The position numbers and the translations under genes are program-made. The notes beneath the pieces are model-generated. The model was not told the origin of the DNA. It ran no database searches and saw only the letters and a list, made by a program, of their open reading frames with translations. A DNA stretch of 64,000 nucleotides, from positions 6,000-69,999 of the forward strand of contig LBSX01000002.1 in NCBI GenBank assembly GCA_000990355.1, in the 5' to 3' direction. Below are positions 37,400 through 47,396 of the stretch, piece after piece. How positions within the stretch are numbered: position 1 is the first letter of the stretch; every line of letters starts with the position of its first letter. Source of the DNA: Candidatus Magasanikbacteria bacterium GW2011_GWC2_37_14. Its GTDB lineage: Bacteria; Patescibacteriota; Patescibacteriia; Magasanikbacterales; UBA922.

Positions 37400-40384
37400 A
37401 TGAAAGATCTGAATTTAGAACAAAAACAAGCAGTAGAATACACCTCTGGTCCGCTTTTGATTGTCGCCGGAGCTGGTACTGGTAAAACTACAGTAATCAC
37501 CCAAAAGATTACTTTTTTGGTTAAGCAAAATTTGGCCAAACCCGAAGAAATTTTGGCTTTAACTTTTACAGAAAAGGCAGCCGGGGAGATGCAGGAGCGC
37601 GTGGATCAACTATTGGATTTGGGTTATTCAGACATGCAGATTTCAACTTTTCATGCTTTTTGTCAAAAACTTTTAGAATTTCATGGGCTAGACATTGGCT
37701 TGTCAAATCAATTTAAATTATTAACTCCCACTGATGCTTGGCTCTTGGTACGTAAAAATTTAGATAAATTTAATTTGGATTATTATCGACCCCTGGGTAA
37801 TCCTACGCGCCATATCCATGAATTAATTAAACATTTTTCTAAGTGTAAGGATGAATTAATTACGCCAGCAGAATATTTAAAATATGCGGAAGAAGTGAGT
37901 TTGGATGATGATGCCGACCCCACCCCATCCTCCCCTACAAGGGGAGGGGAACGTAAGCGTCTCACTGAAATAGCTAATGCTTATCATACTTATAATCAAC
38001 TTTTGCTGGATAATAATTGTCTGGACTTTGGTGATCTAATTTTTTATGGCCTTAAATTGTTAAAAGAACGGCCAAATATTTTAAAATTATTGCAAAATAA
38101 ATATAAATATATTTTGGTTGACGAGTTTCAAGATGTTAATTATGCACAGTATGAATTGGTAAAATTGTTTACGACTAATGGAAATCAGTTAACAGTTGTG
38201 GGAGACGATGACCAGTCAATTTACGCCTTCCGCGGAGCATCGGTTTCCAATATCTTACGTTTTAAAGATGATTTTCCTAATGCCAAAGAAATTGTTTTAA
38301 CAGAAAATTATCGTTCAGGCCAAGAAATATTAGATTTAGCCTATAAATCAATACAAAATAATAATCCCGATCGTCTAGAGATTAAATTAAATATCAATAA
38401 ACAATTAAAGTCAGTAGTTAGTAGCCTGCCTGCCGGCGAGGCAGGTCTAAAGTCTGAAGTCGAATACAAGCATTTTAATACTTCAACTGAAGAAATTAAT
38501 TTTGTAATTAATAAAATTTGTGAGATTTGTAAAGATGAATCTGTAGTTTTGTCAGATTTTGCAATTTTAATTCGCGCCAATAGTCAGGCCGAACCGTTTA
38601 TTAATGCTTTTGAAAAAGTTGGTCTGCCTTATGAGTATCTGGCTTCGTCTGGATTATATCGCCAGCCATTAATTTTAGATTGTATTAACTTTTTAAAAGT
38701 ATTGGACAACTATCACGAATCCAGTGCTATTTTTCGTTTATTACATTTACCTTTTTTAAAATTTAATCCAGATGATTTACAAAAAATAACCTATTTTTCT
38801 AAGAAAAAAAGCATTTCTTATTATGAAACTCTAAAACGTGGATTGGAAATTAATTTATCAAAAACAGGTATTGAAATAGTCAATAAATTGTTAAATATAA
38901 TAAACAGTGGCACACAAATGGCCAAGGAAAAAAAACCTATAATAATTTTATTAGATTTTTTAGAACAAAGTGGTTATTTTAAATATCTTGCCTTGGAAGA
39001 TGAACAAGGTAATAGAGAAATAATTAAACAAATTAAAGAGCTACGAAGTTTTTTTGAAGAAGTTAAACACTACGAAGAATCAGTGCCTCAAGCACGCGTG
39101 TCAGATTTTTTGGAACATTATAATTATATTTTAGAGTCTGGTGATGAAGGGCAAATGTTTAAAAATCTAGAAGAAACAGAAGCGATAAAAATTTTAACGA
39201 TTCATTCTGCCAAGGGCTTAGAATTTAAATATGTTTTTGTTGTTAACTTGGTGGAAGAACGTTTTCCTAGTCGTAAACGTGGAGAAGCTATTGAATTGCC
39301 TGTATCATTAATTAAAGAAAATCTATCAGAAGTGGATTACCATGTTAATGAAGAAAGACGTTTATTTTATGTGGCCTGTACCAGAGCCAAAGAAAAATTA
39401 TTTTTAACTAGCGCGGATGATTATGGTGGGGTGAGAAAGAAGAAAGTTAGTAGGTTTATTGATGAATTAAATTTAAGTATGGAAGCAAGGCAACAATATA
39501 ACAATGTAACTATTGACACATTGCCACATTGTCACACTGTTGACAAAAAAGATATTAATCAGTCTAAAAGTACTACAATTTTATCTGACACCTTTTCCTA
39601 CTCCCAAATCAATTCATATCTTCGCTGTCCTTATCAGTATAAATTAGCCCATGTATTAAAAATTCCTACCACAGGCAATGCTAGTTTTAGTTTTGGTTCA
39701 ACTATACATAATACTTTACAAAAATTTTATAACCAGGTTATTGAATTAAATAGTATTAAACAAGATTCGTTGTTTGTTCAACATACTACAACTAAACAAG
39801 TTGGAGAAATAAAAGTTCCAACATTGGATAATTTACTAAAATTTTATAAAGATTCTTGGCAAGATGACTGGTATCAAAATAAACAACAACGAGAGGAATT
39901 TTACAAAAAAGGACATAAAATATTGGAAATATTTTATTCTTCAGAGCAAAAAAATGGCTGGACTGTGCCAGTTTTTCTAGAGAGCGGTTTTAAAATTAAA
40001 ATAGGAGATTATTTTATAAATGGACGCATAGATCATATTGATAAATTATCGGCTGGTGCTTTAAAGATTATTGATTATAAAACCGGTAAAGCTAAAGAAA
40101 AAGTAGTTGGCGATGATAAAAATCAACTGCTAATTTATCAAATTGCCGCGGAAATTTTACCTGAATACAAAAATATTGGCCCAGTTAGTGAATTAACTTT
40201 TTATTATTTAGAAGAAAATCTTACAACGTCTTTTGTTGGCGACGATAAAGACAAAACAAAACTACAAGAAAAAATTATCAAAACAATTGGGGAAATAAAC
40301 GATTCTAATTTTGTTGCCACACCCAGTGAACACATTTGTCAGCATTGTGATTTTAGAGACATTTGTCAGTTTAGACAATTATAA
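37400..40384 (+). CDS. UvrD/PcrA-family superfamily-1 helicase fused to C-terminal PD-(D/E)XK (RecB/Cas4-like) nuclease with Cys cluster; AddA-like
   Basis: Walker A AGAGTGKTT, VDEFQD, GDDDQSIYAFRGA. C-terminal GRIDHIDKL...IIDYKTGK and CQHCDFRDICQF. Two in-frame GC-rich inserts. Confidence 0.8.
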   Translation: MKDLNLEQKQAVEYTSGPLLIVAGAGTGKTTVITQKITFLVKQNLAKPEEILALTFTEKAAGEMQERVDQLLDLGYSDMQISTFHAFCQKLLEFHGLDIGLSNQFKLLTPTDAWLLVRKNLDKFNLDYYRPLGNPTRHIHELIKHFSKCKDELITPAEYLKYAEEVSLDDDADPTPSSPTRGGERKRLTEIANAYHTYNQLLLDNNCLDFGDLIFYGLKLLKERPNILKLLQNKYKYILVDEFQDVNYAQYELVKLFTTNGNQLTVVGDDDQSIYAFRGASVSNILRFKDDFPNAKEIVLTENYRSGQEILDLAYKSIQNNNPDRLEIKLNINKQLKSVVSSLPAGEAGLKSEVEYKHFNTSTEEINFVINKICEICKDESVVLSDFAILIRANSQAEPFINAFEKVGLPYEYLASSGLYRQPLILDCINFLKVLDNYHESSAIFRLLHLPFLKFNPDDLQKITYFSKKKSISYYETLKRGLEINLSKTGIEIVNKLLNIINSGTQMAKEKKPIIILLDFLEQSGYFKYLALEDEQGNREIIKQIKELRSFFEEVKHYEESVPQARVSDFLEHYNYILESGDEGQMFKNLEETEAIKILTIHSAKGLEFKYVFVVNLVEERFPSRKRGEAIELPVSLIKENLSEVDYHVNEERRLFYVACTRAKEKLFLTSADDYGGVRKKKVSRFIDELNLSMEARQQYNNVTIDTLPHCHTVDKKDINQSKSTTILSDTFSYSQINSYLRCPYQYKLAHVLKIPTTGNASFSFGSTIHNTLQKFYNQVIELNSIKQDSLFVQHTTTKQVGEIKVPTLDNLLKFYKDSWQDDWYQNKQQREEFYKKGHKILEIFYSSEQKNGWTVPVFLESGFKIKIGDYFINGRIDHIDKLSAGALKIIDYKTGKAKEKVVGDDKNQLLIYQIAAEILPEYKNIGPVSELTFYYLEENLTTSFVGDDKDKTKLQEKIIKTIGEINDSNFVATPSEHICQHCDFRDICQFRQL
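37913..37949. repeat. Family B element (ACCCCACCCC plus CCTCCCCT/GGGGAGG hairpin) inside the helicase gene
   Basis: Translated as ADPTPSSPTRGGE. Same hairpin as 1443-1463. Confidence 0.6.
38421..38447. repeat. Family B element (GTAGCCTGCCTGCC-GGCGA-GGCAGG hairpin) inside the helicase gene
   Basis: Translated as SSLPAGEAGL. Same module as 1465-1487. Confidence 0.6.
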
Positions 40385-40418
40385 ATAATCGTGCTAAAAT
40401 AGCCTTATAACCAAATTT

Positions 40419-40673
40419 ATGAAACAATTGAAAAATAATGCCTCAGTAAATGACGAATTGATACTTTTAGCCGAAACAATTTTAGCCGAAGTTTTGGGTT
40501 TAGAAAATGCTATTTTTGTAAAACCTTTGTTTTTAAAAAATCGTACTCTTACGGTTGCGTGCACAAAAGTTGATTTAGCCCCTAGTATTAGAGAAAAACA
40601 GCAAATAATTGTCGAGAAAATTAATGAAAAATTAGGTAAAAACGAAGTAGACAGAATTCGTTATTTGTTGTAA
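40419..40673 (+). CDS. DUF721/DciA-like small protein
   Basis: 84 aa. The pattern ...NRTLTVACTKVDLAPSIREKQQIIVEKINEKLG...VDRIRY resembles DUF721. Confidence 0.4.
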   Translation: MKQLKNNASVNDELILLAETILAEVLGLENAIFVKPLFLKNRTLTVACTKVDLAPSIREKQQIIVEKINEKLGKNEVDRIRYLL

Positions 40674-40681
40674 GATAATCT

Positions 40682-41104
40682 ATGAATTTAAGGCAATATT
40701 TTATAACTATGCTCATTGGCACAATTTTGTGCTGGCTAGCTTGGAGTATAGTAATTATCAATGTAAATCCTGCTGTTGACAGCGGATTGGGTTTTTTCTT
40801 TTTCTATCTCAGTTTGGGATTAGCCTTGTTGGGAACAATCTCTCTGTTAATTTTTGTAATATATTATTTTTTTTCAAAAAAAGAATTACCTTTATTTCGT
40901 TTTGTAAAAAAAAGTTTTCAGACAGCATTGTTTTTAACTTTTTTATTAATTATAATTTTGTATTTACAAGGTAAAGGCTATTTAAGCTGGTGGAATATAT
41001 TATTATTATTTATTATTGTTATTTTATTAGTTATTTTTAAAAAACTGAGTAAAACTTATGAAACAGAGCCAATTATTTACGAAAACAACCAAAAACATTC
41101 CTAA
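40682..41104 (+). CDS. Hypothetical membrane protein (3-4 TM)
   Basis: Hydrophobic helices. Overlaps the proS start by 47 nt. Confidence 0.4.
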   Translation: MNLRQYFITMLIGTILCWLAWSIVIINVNPAVDSGLGFFFFYLSLGLALLGTISLLIFVIYYFFSKKELPLFRFVKKSFQTALFLTFLLIIILYLQGKGYLSWWNILLLFIIVILLVIFKKLSKTYETEPIIYENNQKHS

Positions 41105-42302
41105 AGATGAACTGGCCAAAAATGCCGAACTTTTAATTCGTGCTGGTTTTATTCACAAAGAAATGGCAGGGGTTTATTCTCTTATGCCATTGGGTTTTAG
41201 GGTAATCAAAAATATTAAAAATATAGTTGCCGAAGAAATGGAAAAAATTGGTTCTGAAGAAATAATAATGTCTACTTTACAAAATAAAGAAATTTGGCAA
41301 AAAACCGACAGATGGGATGATGAAAAAGTGGATGTTTGGTTTAAATCACAATTAAAAAATGGTAACGAAGTAGGCTTTGGTTGGTCTCACGAGGAACCAA
41401 TTACCGAAATGATGAAATCATTTATAGTTAGTTACAACGACTTACCAAGATTTGTACATCAATTTCAAAATAAATTAAGGAATGAAATAAGAGCAAAAAG
41501 TGGAATTATAAGATGTCGGGAATTTATTATGAAAGACATGTATGCTTTTTGTGCTACAGACGAAGAAAACATGAATTTTTATAATAAAACCACTGAGGCT
41601 TATCTAAAAGTCTTTAAAAGAGTAGGTTTAGGTGATATTACTTATGTAACTTCAGCATCGGGGGGGCTCTTTACCGATAAATTTAGTCATGAGTTTCAAA
41701 CTATTTGTGAAACTGGTGAAGACATTATTTATATAAATAAAGAAAAAAATATTGCTGTTAACAAAGAAATTTACAACAAAGAAAATCTAGAAAAAATGAA
41801 AATGGAGATGAAAGATTTTGAGGAAAAGAAAACAGCCGAGGTAGGAAACATTTTTAATTTCGGCACTAATAAGTGCGAACAAATGGGTCTTTATTTTAAT
41901 GATAAAGATGGAAGTAAAAAACCTGTATATTTAAGTTCCTATGGGATTGGTATTACTAGACTTATGGGAGTTTTGGTGGATGTTCACCATGATGATAAAG
42001 GTATAATTTGGCCAGGCGAAGTTGCTCCATTTGATTATCATCTTATTTCTTTGGCCAAAACTGATGAAGAAAAAAAAGAAGCAGAAAAAGTATACGAAAA
42101 ATTAAAACAAATTGGCAAGGAAGTATTATTTGATGATAGAACAAATAAAACCGCTGGAGAAAAATTTGCTGACAGTGATTTAATAGGTATCCCTGTGCGT
42201 TTAATATTAAGCACTAAAACGTTGGAAGCTGGTGGTTTAGAAATTAAAAATAGAAATGAAAATGAAAGTAAAATAATTAAAATTGGTGAACTACTCCATT
42301 AA
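41058..42302 (+). CDS. proS: Prolyl-tRNA synthetase (compact class II form)
   Basis: Motif 2 IRCREFIMKDMYAF. 414 aa, shorter than canonical ProRS. Confidence 0.8.
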   Translation: MKQSQLFTKTTKNIPKDELAKNAELLIRAGFIHKEMAGVYSLMPLGFRVIKNIKNIVAEEMEKIGSEEIIMSTLQNKEIWQKTDRWDDEKVDVWFKSQLKNGNEVGFGWSHEEPITEMMKSFIVSYNDLPRFVHQFQNKLRNEIRAKSGIIRCREFIMKDMYAFCATDEENMNFYNKTTEAYLKVFKRVGLGDITYVTSASGGLFTDKFSHEFQTICETGEDIIYINKEKNIAVNKEIYNKENLEKMKMEMKDFEEKKTAEVGNIFNFGTNKCEQMGLYFNDKDGSKKPVYLSSYGIGITRLMGVLVDVHHDDKGIIWPGEVAPFDYHLISLAKTDEEKKEAEKVYEKLKQIGKEVLFDDRTNKTAGEKFADSDLIGIPVRLILSTKTLEAGGLEIKNRNENESKIIKIGELLH

Positions 42303-42305
42303 AAT

Positions 42306-43358
42306 ATGTTTTTAAATAATTTATTTAAAAAATTTAACAAAGAAATTGGAATTGATTTGGGTACTGCAAATACTTTGGTGTTTGTAAAAGACAAGGGAAT
42401 TATAATCAATGAACCCTCGGTAGTAGCTATAAATACTCGCACCGAACAAATTTTGGCCGTTGGTAATGAAGCCAAGAGTATGTTGGGTAAAACTCCACCT
42501 CATATTACAGTTACCAAACCACTAACCAATGGTATTATTTCTGATTATGAAGTAACTGAAAAAATGCTTAAATATTTTTTGGATAAGGCCAATGAAGGAA
42601 ATTATTCGTTTTTTAATCGGCCAAGAGTAATCATTTGTGTTCCTTTAGAAGTAACAGAGGTAGAAATTAAGGCTGTTGAAGATGCTACATTAGCAGCAGG
42701 TGCAGGAGAAGTGTTTGTTGTTCAGGAACCTATGGCAGCTGCTATTGGAGCACGCATGCCAATTCAAGATCCTGTGGGTAATATGATAGTTGATATTGGT
42801 GGAGGAAACTGTGAAGTAGCAGTAATTTCATTAAACGGTGTGGTAGCTTGGAAATCAATTATTATCGCTGGTGATGAAATGAATAGAAACATTACACAGT
42901 ATGCACGTGAAGTATTCAATTTATTTATTGGAGAAACACAAGCAGAACAAATAAAAATTAAAATAGGTTCTGCTATTGATGATGGAAATCCAACAGAGTT
43001 TGCTATGCGTGGTCGCGATGTTGTTACTGGATTACCAAGAGAAATAATGGTGACCGACACTCATATTCGCGAAGCTTTATCTCGCTCAGTAAACAGTATT
43101 GTTGAATCTATAAAAATGACATTGGAAATTACCCCACCAGAACTTACCGCCGATATACATGAAAGAGGCTTACTTTTAACGGGAGGTGGTTCATTATTAA
43201 AAGGTTTGGACAGAGTCATTGCCGAATCAACAGAAATACCAGTTAGAATTGCTGATGATCCATTGAGCGCTGTGGTTAGAGGTACAGGAATACTTCTAGA
43301 AGAAAAAGAATTACTAAAAGAAATTGCTTTACCTTCGGCCAGAATTAGTAAAAAATAG
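42306..43358 (+). CDS. mreB: Rod-shape protein MreB (actin homologue)
   Basis: IGIDLGTANTLVF phosphate-1 motif, 350 aa. Confidence 0.9.
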   Translation: MFLNNLFKKFNKEIGIDLGTANTLVFVKDKGIIINEPSVVAINTRTEQILAVGNEAKSMLGKTPPHITVTKPLTNGIISDYEVTEKMLKYFLDKANEGNYSFFNRPRVIICVPLEVTEVEIKAVEDATLAAGAGEVFVVQEPMAAAIGARMPIQDPVGNMIVDIGGGNCEVAVISLNGVVAWKSIIIAGDEMNRNITQYAREVFNLFIGETQAEQIKIKIGSAIDDGNPTEFAMRGRDVVTGLPREIMVTDTHIREALSRSVNSIVESIKMTLEITPPELTADIHERGLLLTGGGSLLKGLDRVIAESTEIPVRIADDPLSAVVRGTGILLEEKELLKEIALPSARISKK

Positions 43359-43363
43359 TTTTT

Positions 43364-44158
43364 ATGAAAAATAAATCTAAAACTTTTTTGGCTATAAGTG
43401 TTGTTATATTGTTAACAACATTTTTTCATTATATTGGTTTGTTAAAACCTTTGGAAAATTTAATTAGAAGTTTTATAAGTCCAGTATCCAAAGTAATGTA
43501 TGATTTAAGTTTAGAAATAAAAGGACAAAATCAAAATTTTTCAACAGTAGAAGAATTAAAAAATGCTTATATAATTTCCGAGGAGAAATTATTAGAAAAA
43601 GAAATTTTTGACTCTCAAATTAAATTAGTCTCAGCCGAAAATGAGGAGTTACGCAAAGAACTTAATTTTCTTAAAAAGAATAGTTATCAAACATTGGGAG
43701 CAGATGTAATTGGTAAAAATATTGATTCATTGGGTAATACTATCATTATAAACAGAGGGGAAGATTCAAATTTAAAAGTTGGGCAATCAGTTGTTGTTAG
43801 TGAAGGAGTTTTGATTGGAAAAATAATTAAAGTAGAAAAAAGTAATTCTGTAATACGTCTTATAAATGATAATCAAAGTAAAATTGCTGCCACAATATTA
43901 AATGAAAATAAAAGCATTGGTTTAGTTGAGGGCGGTTATGGTATAAGTATTTATCTTAATTTTGTGCCCCAAACCGAAAAAATTATTATTGGTGATGTTG
44001 TCGTTACTTCGGGGTTAGAAACCAATATACCAAAAGGATTACTGTTGGGTAAAGTAGAGGCAGTTGAAAAGGAAGCTTATCAACCTTTTCAAAAAGCTAT
44101 ACTTACACCTTTTGTTGATTTAGAAAAAATTTTTGTTGTTAGTGTTATTTTAATATAA
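43364..44158 (+). CDS. mreC: Rod-shape protein MreC
   Basis: N-terminal TM, coiled coil, beta domain (VVTSGLETNIPKGLLLGKV). Confidence 0.75.
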   Translation: MKNKSKTFLAISVVILLTTFFHYIGLLKPLENLIRSFISPVSKVMYDLSLEIKGQNQNFSTVEELKNAYIISEEKLLEKEIFDSQIKLVSAENEELRKELNFLKKNSYQTLGADVIGKNIDSLGNTIIINRGEDSNLKVGQSVVVSEGVLIGKIIKVEKSNSVIRLINDNQSKIAATILNENKSIGLVEGGYGISIYLNFVPQTEKIIIGDVVVTSGLETNIPKGLLLGKVEAVEKEAYQPFQKAILTPFVDLEKIFVVSVILI

Positions 44159-44163
44159 CAAAT

Positions 44164-44709
44164 ATGCCCAGTTGGTTAAGATTTATTTTCATAATTTTGT
44201 TTATTGTTTTTATCACAAGTTTGCACGTTGGAGCTGTTTATCTTTTACCATACCCACTATCAAAAATGAATGTTTTATTTTCTTTTTTTATTATAATGTT
44301 ATTATGGCAAAATTCTGGTAAAATTGTCTGGATGGTTTTTTTTTCACATTTTTTAATAGAACTTTTTACTGTCAGCCCTTTCGGTATAATATTGTTTTCT
44401 AGTGTAATCGCTTTTTTAATAAGTTATTGGCTGTACCAAAATGTGTTTACAAATCGATCATGGTATGCAGCTTTAGTTTTATCTGTTTTTACGTTATCTA
44501 TATACAGAATTTTATATATAACATTATTATTTTTAGGTCAATTGTTGGGATGGCAAAACAACACACCATTACGTTTGGTTTTGGTAACTTCTTTTTGGGA
44601 ATTATTAACTACAACCGGATTTTTAATAATTATTTACTTTATATTTTCTCGTTTTTCAAAAAAATTAAGTTCAGCTGTTGTAATTGAAAGTTCAATATAT
44701 GGTAGATAA
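44164..44709 (+). CDS. mreD: MreD-like polytopic membrane protein
   Basis: Position between mreC and PBP2. Five TM helices. Confidence 0.5.
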   Translation: MPSWLRFIFIILFIVFITSLHVGAVYLLPYPLSKMNVLFSFFIIMLLWQNSGKIVWMVFFSHFLIELFTVSPFGIILFSSVIAFLISYWLYQNVFTNRSWYAALVLSVFTLSIYRILYITLLFLGQLLGWQNNTPLRLVLVTSFWELLTTTGFLIIIYFIFSRFSKKLSSAVVIESSIYGR

Positions 44710-46687
44710 AAAATCATATTTTTTTGGTGAACCATTGTTTTCTGGTAAAAAATTAGAAGGTAAATTTAGAAATACATGGGTAGAAGAGTCTTTTTATTTT
44801 GAAAAGACTTTTGGTAAACAAAAAGAATTGGCTGGCACTACAAAAGAATATTTAGGAAATAACTTTACTAAAAATAAATATTTAATTAGTCTATTAACTA
44901 TAATTGCTGTATTTTTTTTAATTCTTTTCCGATTAATTTATTTACAAGTCTTTTCTGGTTCCGACTATAGAATTTTAGCAGAAAATAATCGTCAAAGAAT
45001 AATTCCTATTCCAGCTGAGAGGGGTTTAATCTACGATAGAAACAACATACCTCTTACAAAAAATATTCCAAATTTTGTTTTAACTCTTATTCCACAAACA
45101 TTACCAAAAGACGAAAACAAAAAAAATGAAATTATTAACAAATTAGCAGAATTAACAGCTATACCAAATGATGAAATTAAAATGATTATTGAAGAGTATG
45201 GTAATTATACATACGAATCTGTAGTAATAAAAGATAATATAGAATATGAAAAAGCCTTGTCAATCCTTATTGCTCTTGGAGATTTGCCTGGTATAGAAAT
45301 CAAGCAGGGTAGCAAACGTTTGTATATAAATAAAGAAGAAGTTATTTCTACCTCTACCCCAAGTTCTTTAGCCCATGTTTTGGGATATATTGGAAAATTA
45401 AACAAAAAAGAACTAGATAATTTGCACAGTAAAGGCTATTTACCATCAGATGTGATTGGAAAGGTAGGAATTGAAAAAACTTTTGAAACTTATTTACGAG
45501 GTATTTATGGTAAAAAAAGAATAGAAGTTAATGCCACGGGCAAAGAACAAAGCATTTTGGCGGAAGAAGCTCCAATACCAGGCAAACATTTAATTCTTAC
45601 CATAGACAAAAAAATTCAAAATAAACTAGAAGAAATAATTAGTAGTTATTTAAAAAATTTTCCATCCAAAAGGGCTGCTGCAGTAGCAATAAACCCACAA
45701 AATGGTGAAGTGTTAGCACTAATTAGTTTACCAGCGTTTGATAATAATGATTTTTCTGGTGGAATTAAATCAGTGGTTTATAATAATTACTTAAACGATA
45801 AAAATCAACCTCTTTACAATAGAGTAATTAGTGGTCTTTATCCATCGGGTTCTTCAATCAAGCCAGCAATCGCTGCTATAGCATTAGAAGAAGGAATTAT
45901 TACATCAGTAACTTCTTTTTTAAGTACCGGTGGTTTACAAGTGGGGGATTGGTTTTTCCCAGATTGGCAAGCCGGAGGTCATGGTAATACAAATGTTCGT
46001 AAGGCAATTGCTTGGTCAGTGAATACTTTCTTTTATTATATTGGGGGTGGTTACCGAGATTTTACTGGTTTAGGTGTAGAAAAAATTGTTGAATATTTAA
46101 AAAAGTTTGGATTTTCAACTCAAACAGGTATTGATTTACCAGCAGAAAATCAAGGTTTTTTACCTAGTAAAAAATGGAAGGAAGAAACCAAAAAAGAAAG
46201 GTGGTATGTTGGTGATACTTACAATGTTTCAATCGGACAAGGTGATATTTTAGTAACTCCATTACAAATTGCCAACATGACAGCTTTTTTTGCTAATGGT
46301 GGTGTTTTATACAAACCACAGATAATTAAATCCATTATTGACCCTGTAACAAATTTAGAAACAGAAAAAATTATTCCACAAATCATTAATAGAGATTTTA
46401 TTAAAAAAGAAAATATTAATACTGTAAAGTTAGGAATGAAAGATTGTGCCGATTATGGTTCTTGTCGTCGTTTAAGTTTGCTTCCTTTTTCGACTGCTGG
46501 AAAAACTGGCACAGCGCAATGGAACAAAAACAAACCAAACCATGCCTGGTTTACTTCCTTTGCTCCATACGAAAACCCACAAATTGTAGTAACTGTTTTA
46601 GTAGAAGAAGGTGGAGAGGGTAGTAGTATTGCTGTACCAATAGTTTATGATTTTTACAAATGGTGGGCAAACAATGGTTTAAAATAA
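44684..46687 (+). CDS. mrdA: Penicillin-binding protein 2 (class B transpeptidase)
   Basis: SxxK (SSIKPA), SxN (SVN), KTG (GKTGTA). Confidence 0.85.
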   Translation: MKVQYMVDKKSYFFGEPLFSGKKLEGKFRNTWVEESFYFEKTFGKQKELAGTTKEYLGNNFTKNKYLISLLTIIAVFFLILFRLIYLQVFSGSDYRILAENNRQRIIPIPAERGLIYDRNNIPLTKNIPNFVLTLIPQTLPKDENKKNEIINKLAELTAIPNDEIKMIIEEYGNYTYESVVIKDNIEYEKALSILIALGDLPGIEIKQGSKRLYINKEEVISTSTPSSLAHVLGYIGKLNKKELDNLHSKGYLPSDVIGKVGIEKTFETYLRGIYGKKRIEVNATGKEQSILAEEAPIPGKHLILTIDKKIQNKLEEIISSYLKNFPSKRAAAVAINPQNGEVLALISLPAFDNNDFSGGIKSVVYNNYLNDKNQPLYNRVISGLYPSGSSIKPAIAAIALEEGIITSVTSFLSTGGLQVGDWFFPDWQAGGHGNTNVRKAIAWSVNTFFYYIGGGYRDFTGLGVEKIVEYLKKFGFSTQTGIDLPAENQGFLPSKKWKEETKKERWYVGDTYNVSIGQGDILVTPLQIANMTAFFANGGVLYKPQIIKSIIDPVTNLETEKIIPQIINRDFIKKENINTVKLGMKDCADYGSCRRLSLLPFSTAGKTGTAQWNKNKPNHAWFTSFAPYENPQIVVTVLVEEGGEGSSIAVPIVYDFYKWWANNGLK

Positions 46688-46744
46688 AATGATATCCACA
46701 GTATTCTTTGCTCTTTTTTGTTTTTTTTTCTATACTACTCATTA

Positions 46745-46772
46745 TCCGCAAGTTGCGGTTTATTTTATTAAG
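46745..46772 (+). terminator. Hairpin terminator (CCGCAA/TTGCGG) followed by a T-run
   Basis: Sits between mrdA and greA-2. Confidence 0.4.
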
Positions 46773-46779
46773 ATTTTAT

Positions 46780-47244
46780 ATGCAAGATGATATTCAATAC
46801 ATGTCCGAAGAAAAATTAGCAGAATTAAAAAAAGAACTAATTTATTTAAAAAATGAAAAATCAATACAATTACGTAAACGTATAGATGAAGCTCGACAAA
46901 TGGGTGATTTATCAGAAAATGCTGAATATCACCAAGCTCGAGAAGATTTGTCTTGGGCATTATCACGAGTAAATGAAATCCAGTCAATTTTAGGTAATGC
47001 CCAGATCATTGTTAACACTGTTGGCAAGGGCGTTTCTCTTGGCTCTTTTGTAAAAGTAGAAGATAAAAGTGGTAAAGAAAAAGAATTTACTATTGTAGGT
47101 GCGCAAGAAGCAAACCCTTTAATTGGTAAAATTTCCAATGAATCACCACTTGGTAACGCTCTTTTAGGTAAGAACAAAGGTGACAAAGTAGAAATAAATA
47201 CTCCAGGTGGTATCCAGATATACAAAATCCTAAAAGTTGGCTAA
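46780..47244 (+). CDS. greA: Transcription elongation factor GreA (second paralog)
   Basis: MSEEKLAELKKEL...GDLSENAEYHQARE...SPLGNALLGKNKGD. Start at 46780 or 46801. Confidence 0.85.
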   Translation: MQDDIQYMSEEKLAELKKELIYLKNEKSIQLRKRIDEARQMGDLSENAEYHQAREDLSWALSRVNEIQSILGNAQIIVNTVGKGVSLGSFVKVEDKSGKEKEFTIVGAQEANPLIGKISNESPLGNALLGKNKGDKVEINTPGGIQIYKILKVG

Positions 47245-47396
47245 AATTAGTCTACCTACTGGCAGGCAGGCTAAATATTCTACAAATACCTCAAAAAAAT
47301 GGGGTATTTGTGTTTTTTGTGGTTTTTTGCTAAAATAAAAGATAATAAATCCCTGTAAAAAGGATCTTTTTTCACTACAAATAACTAGCTAATTTT

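Noticed and set aside
47252-47273. Terminator hairpin after greA-2 formed by CTACCTACTGGCAGGCAGGCTA
   Set aside because: The sequence shares a 13-mer with the family B element but does not fold into a clean stem-loop on either strand. It was noted only as a partial repeat copy.
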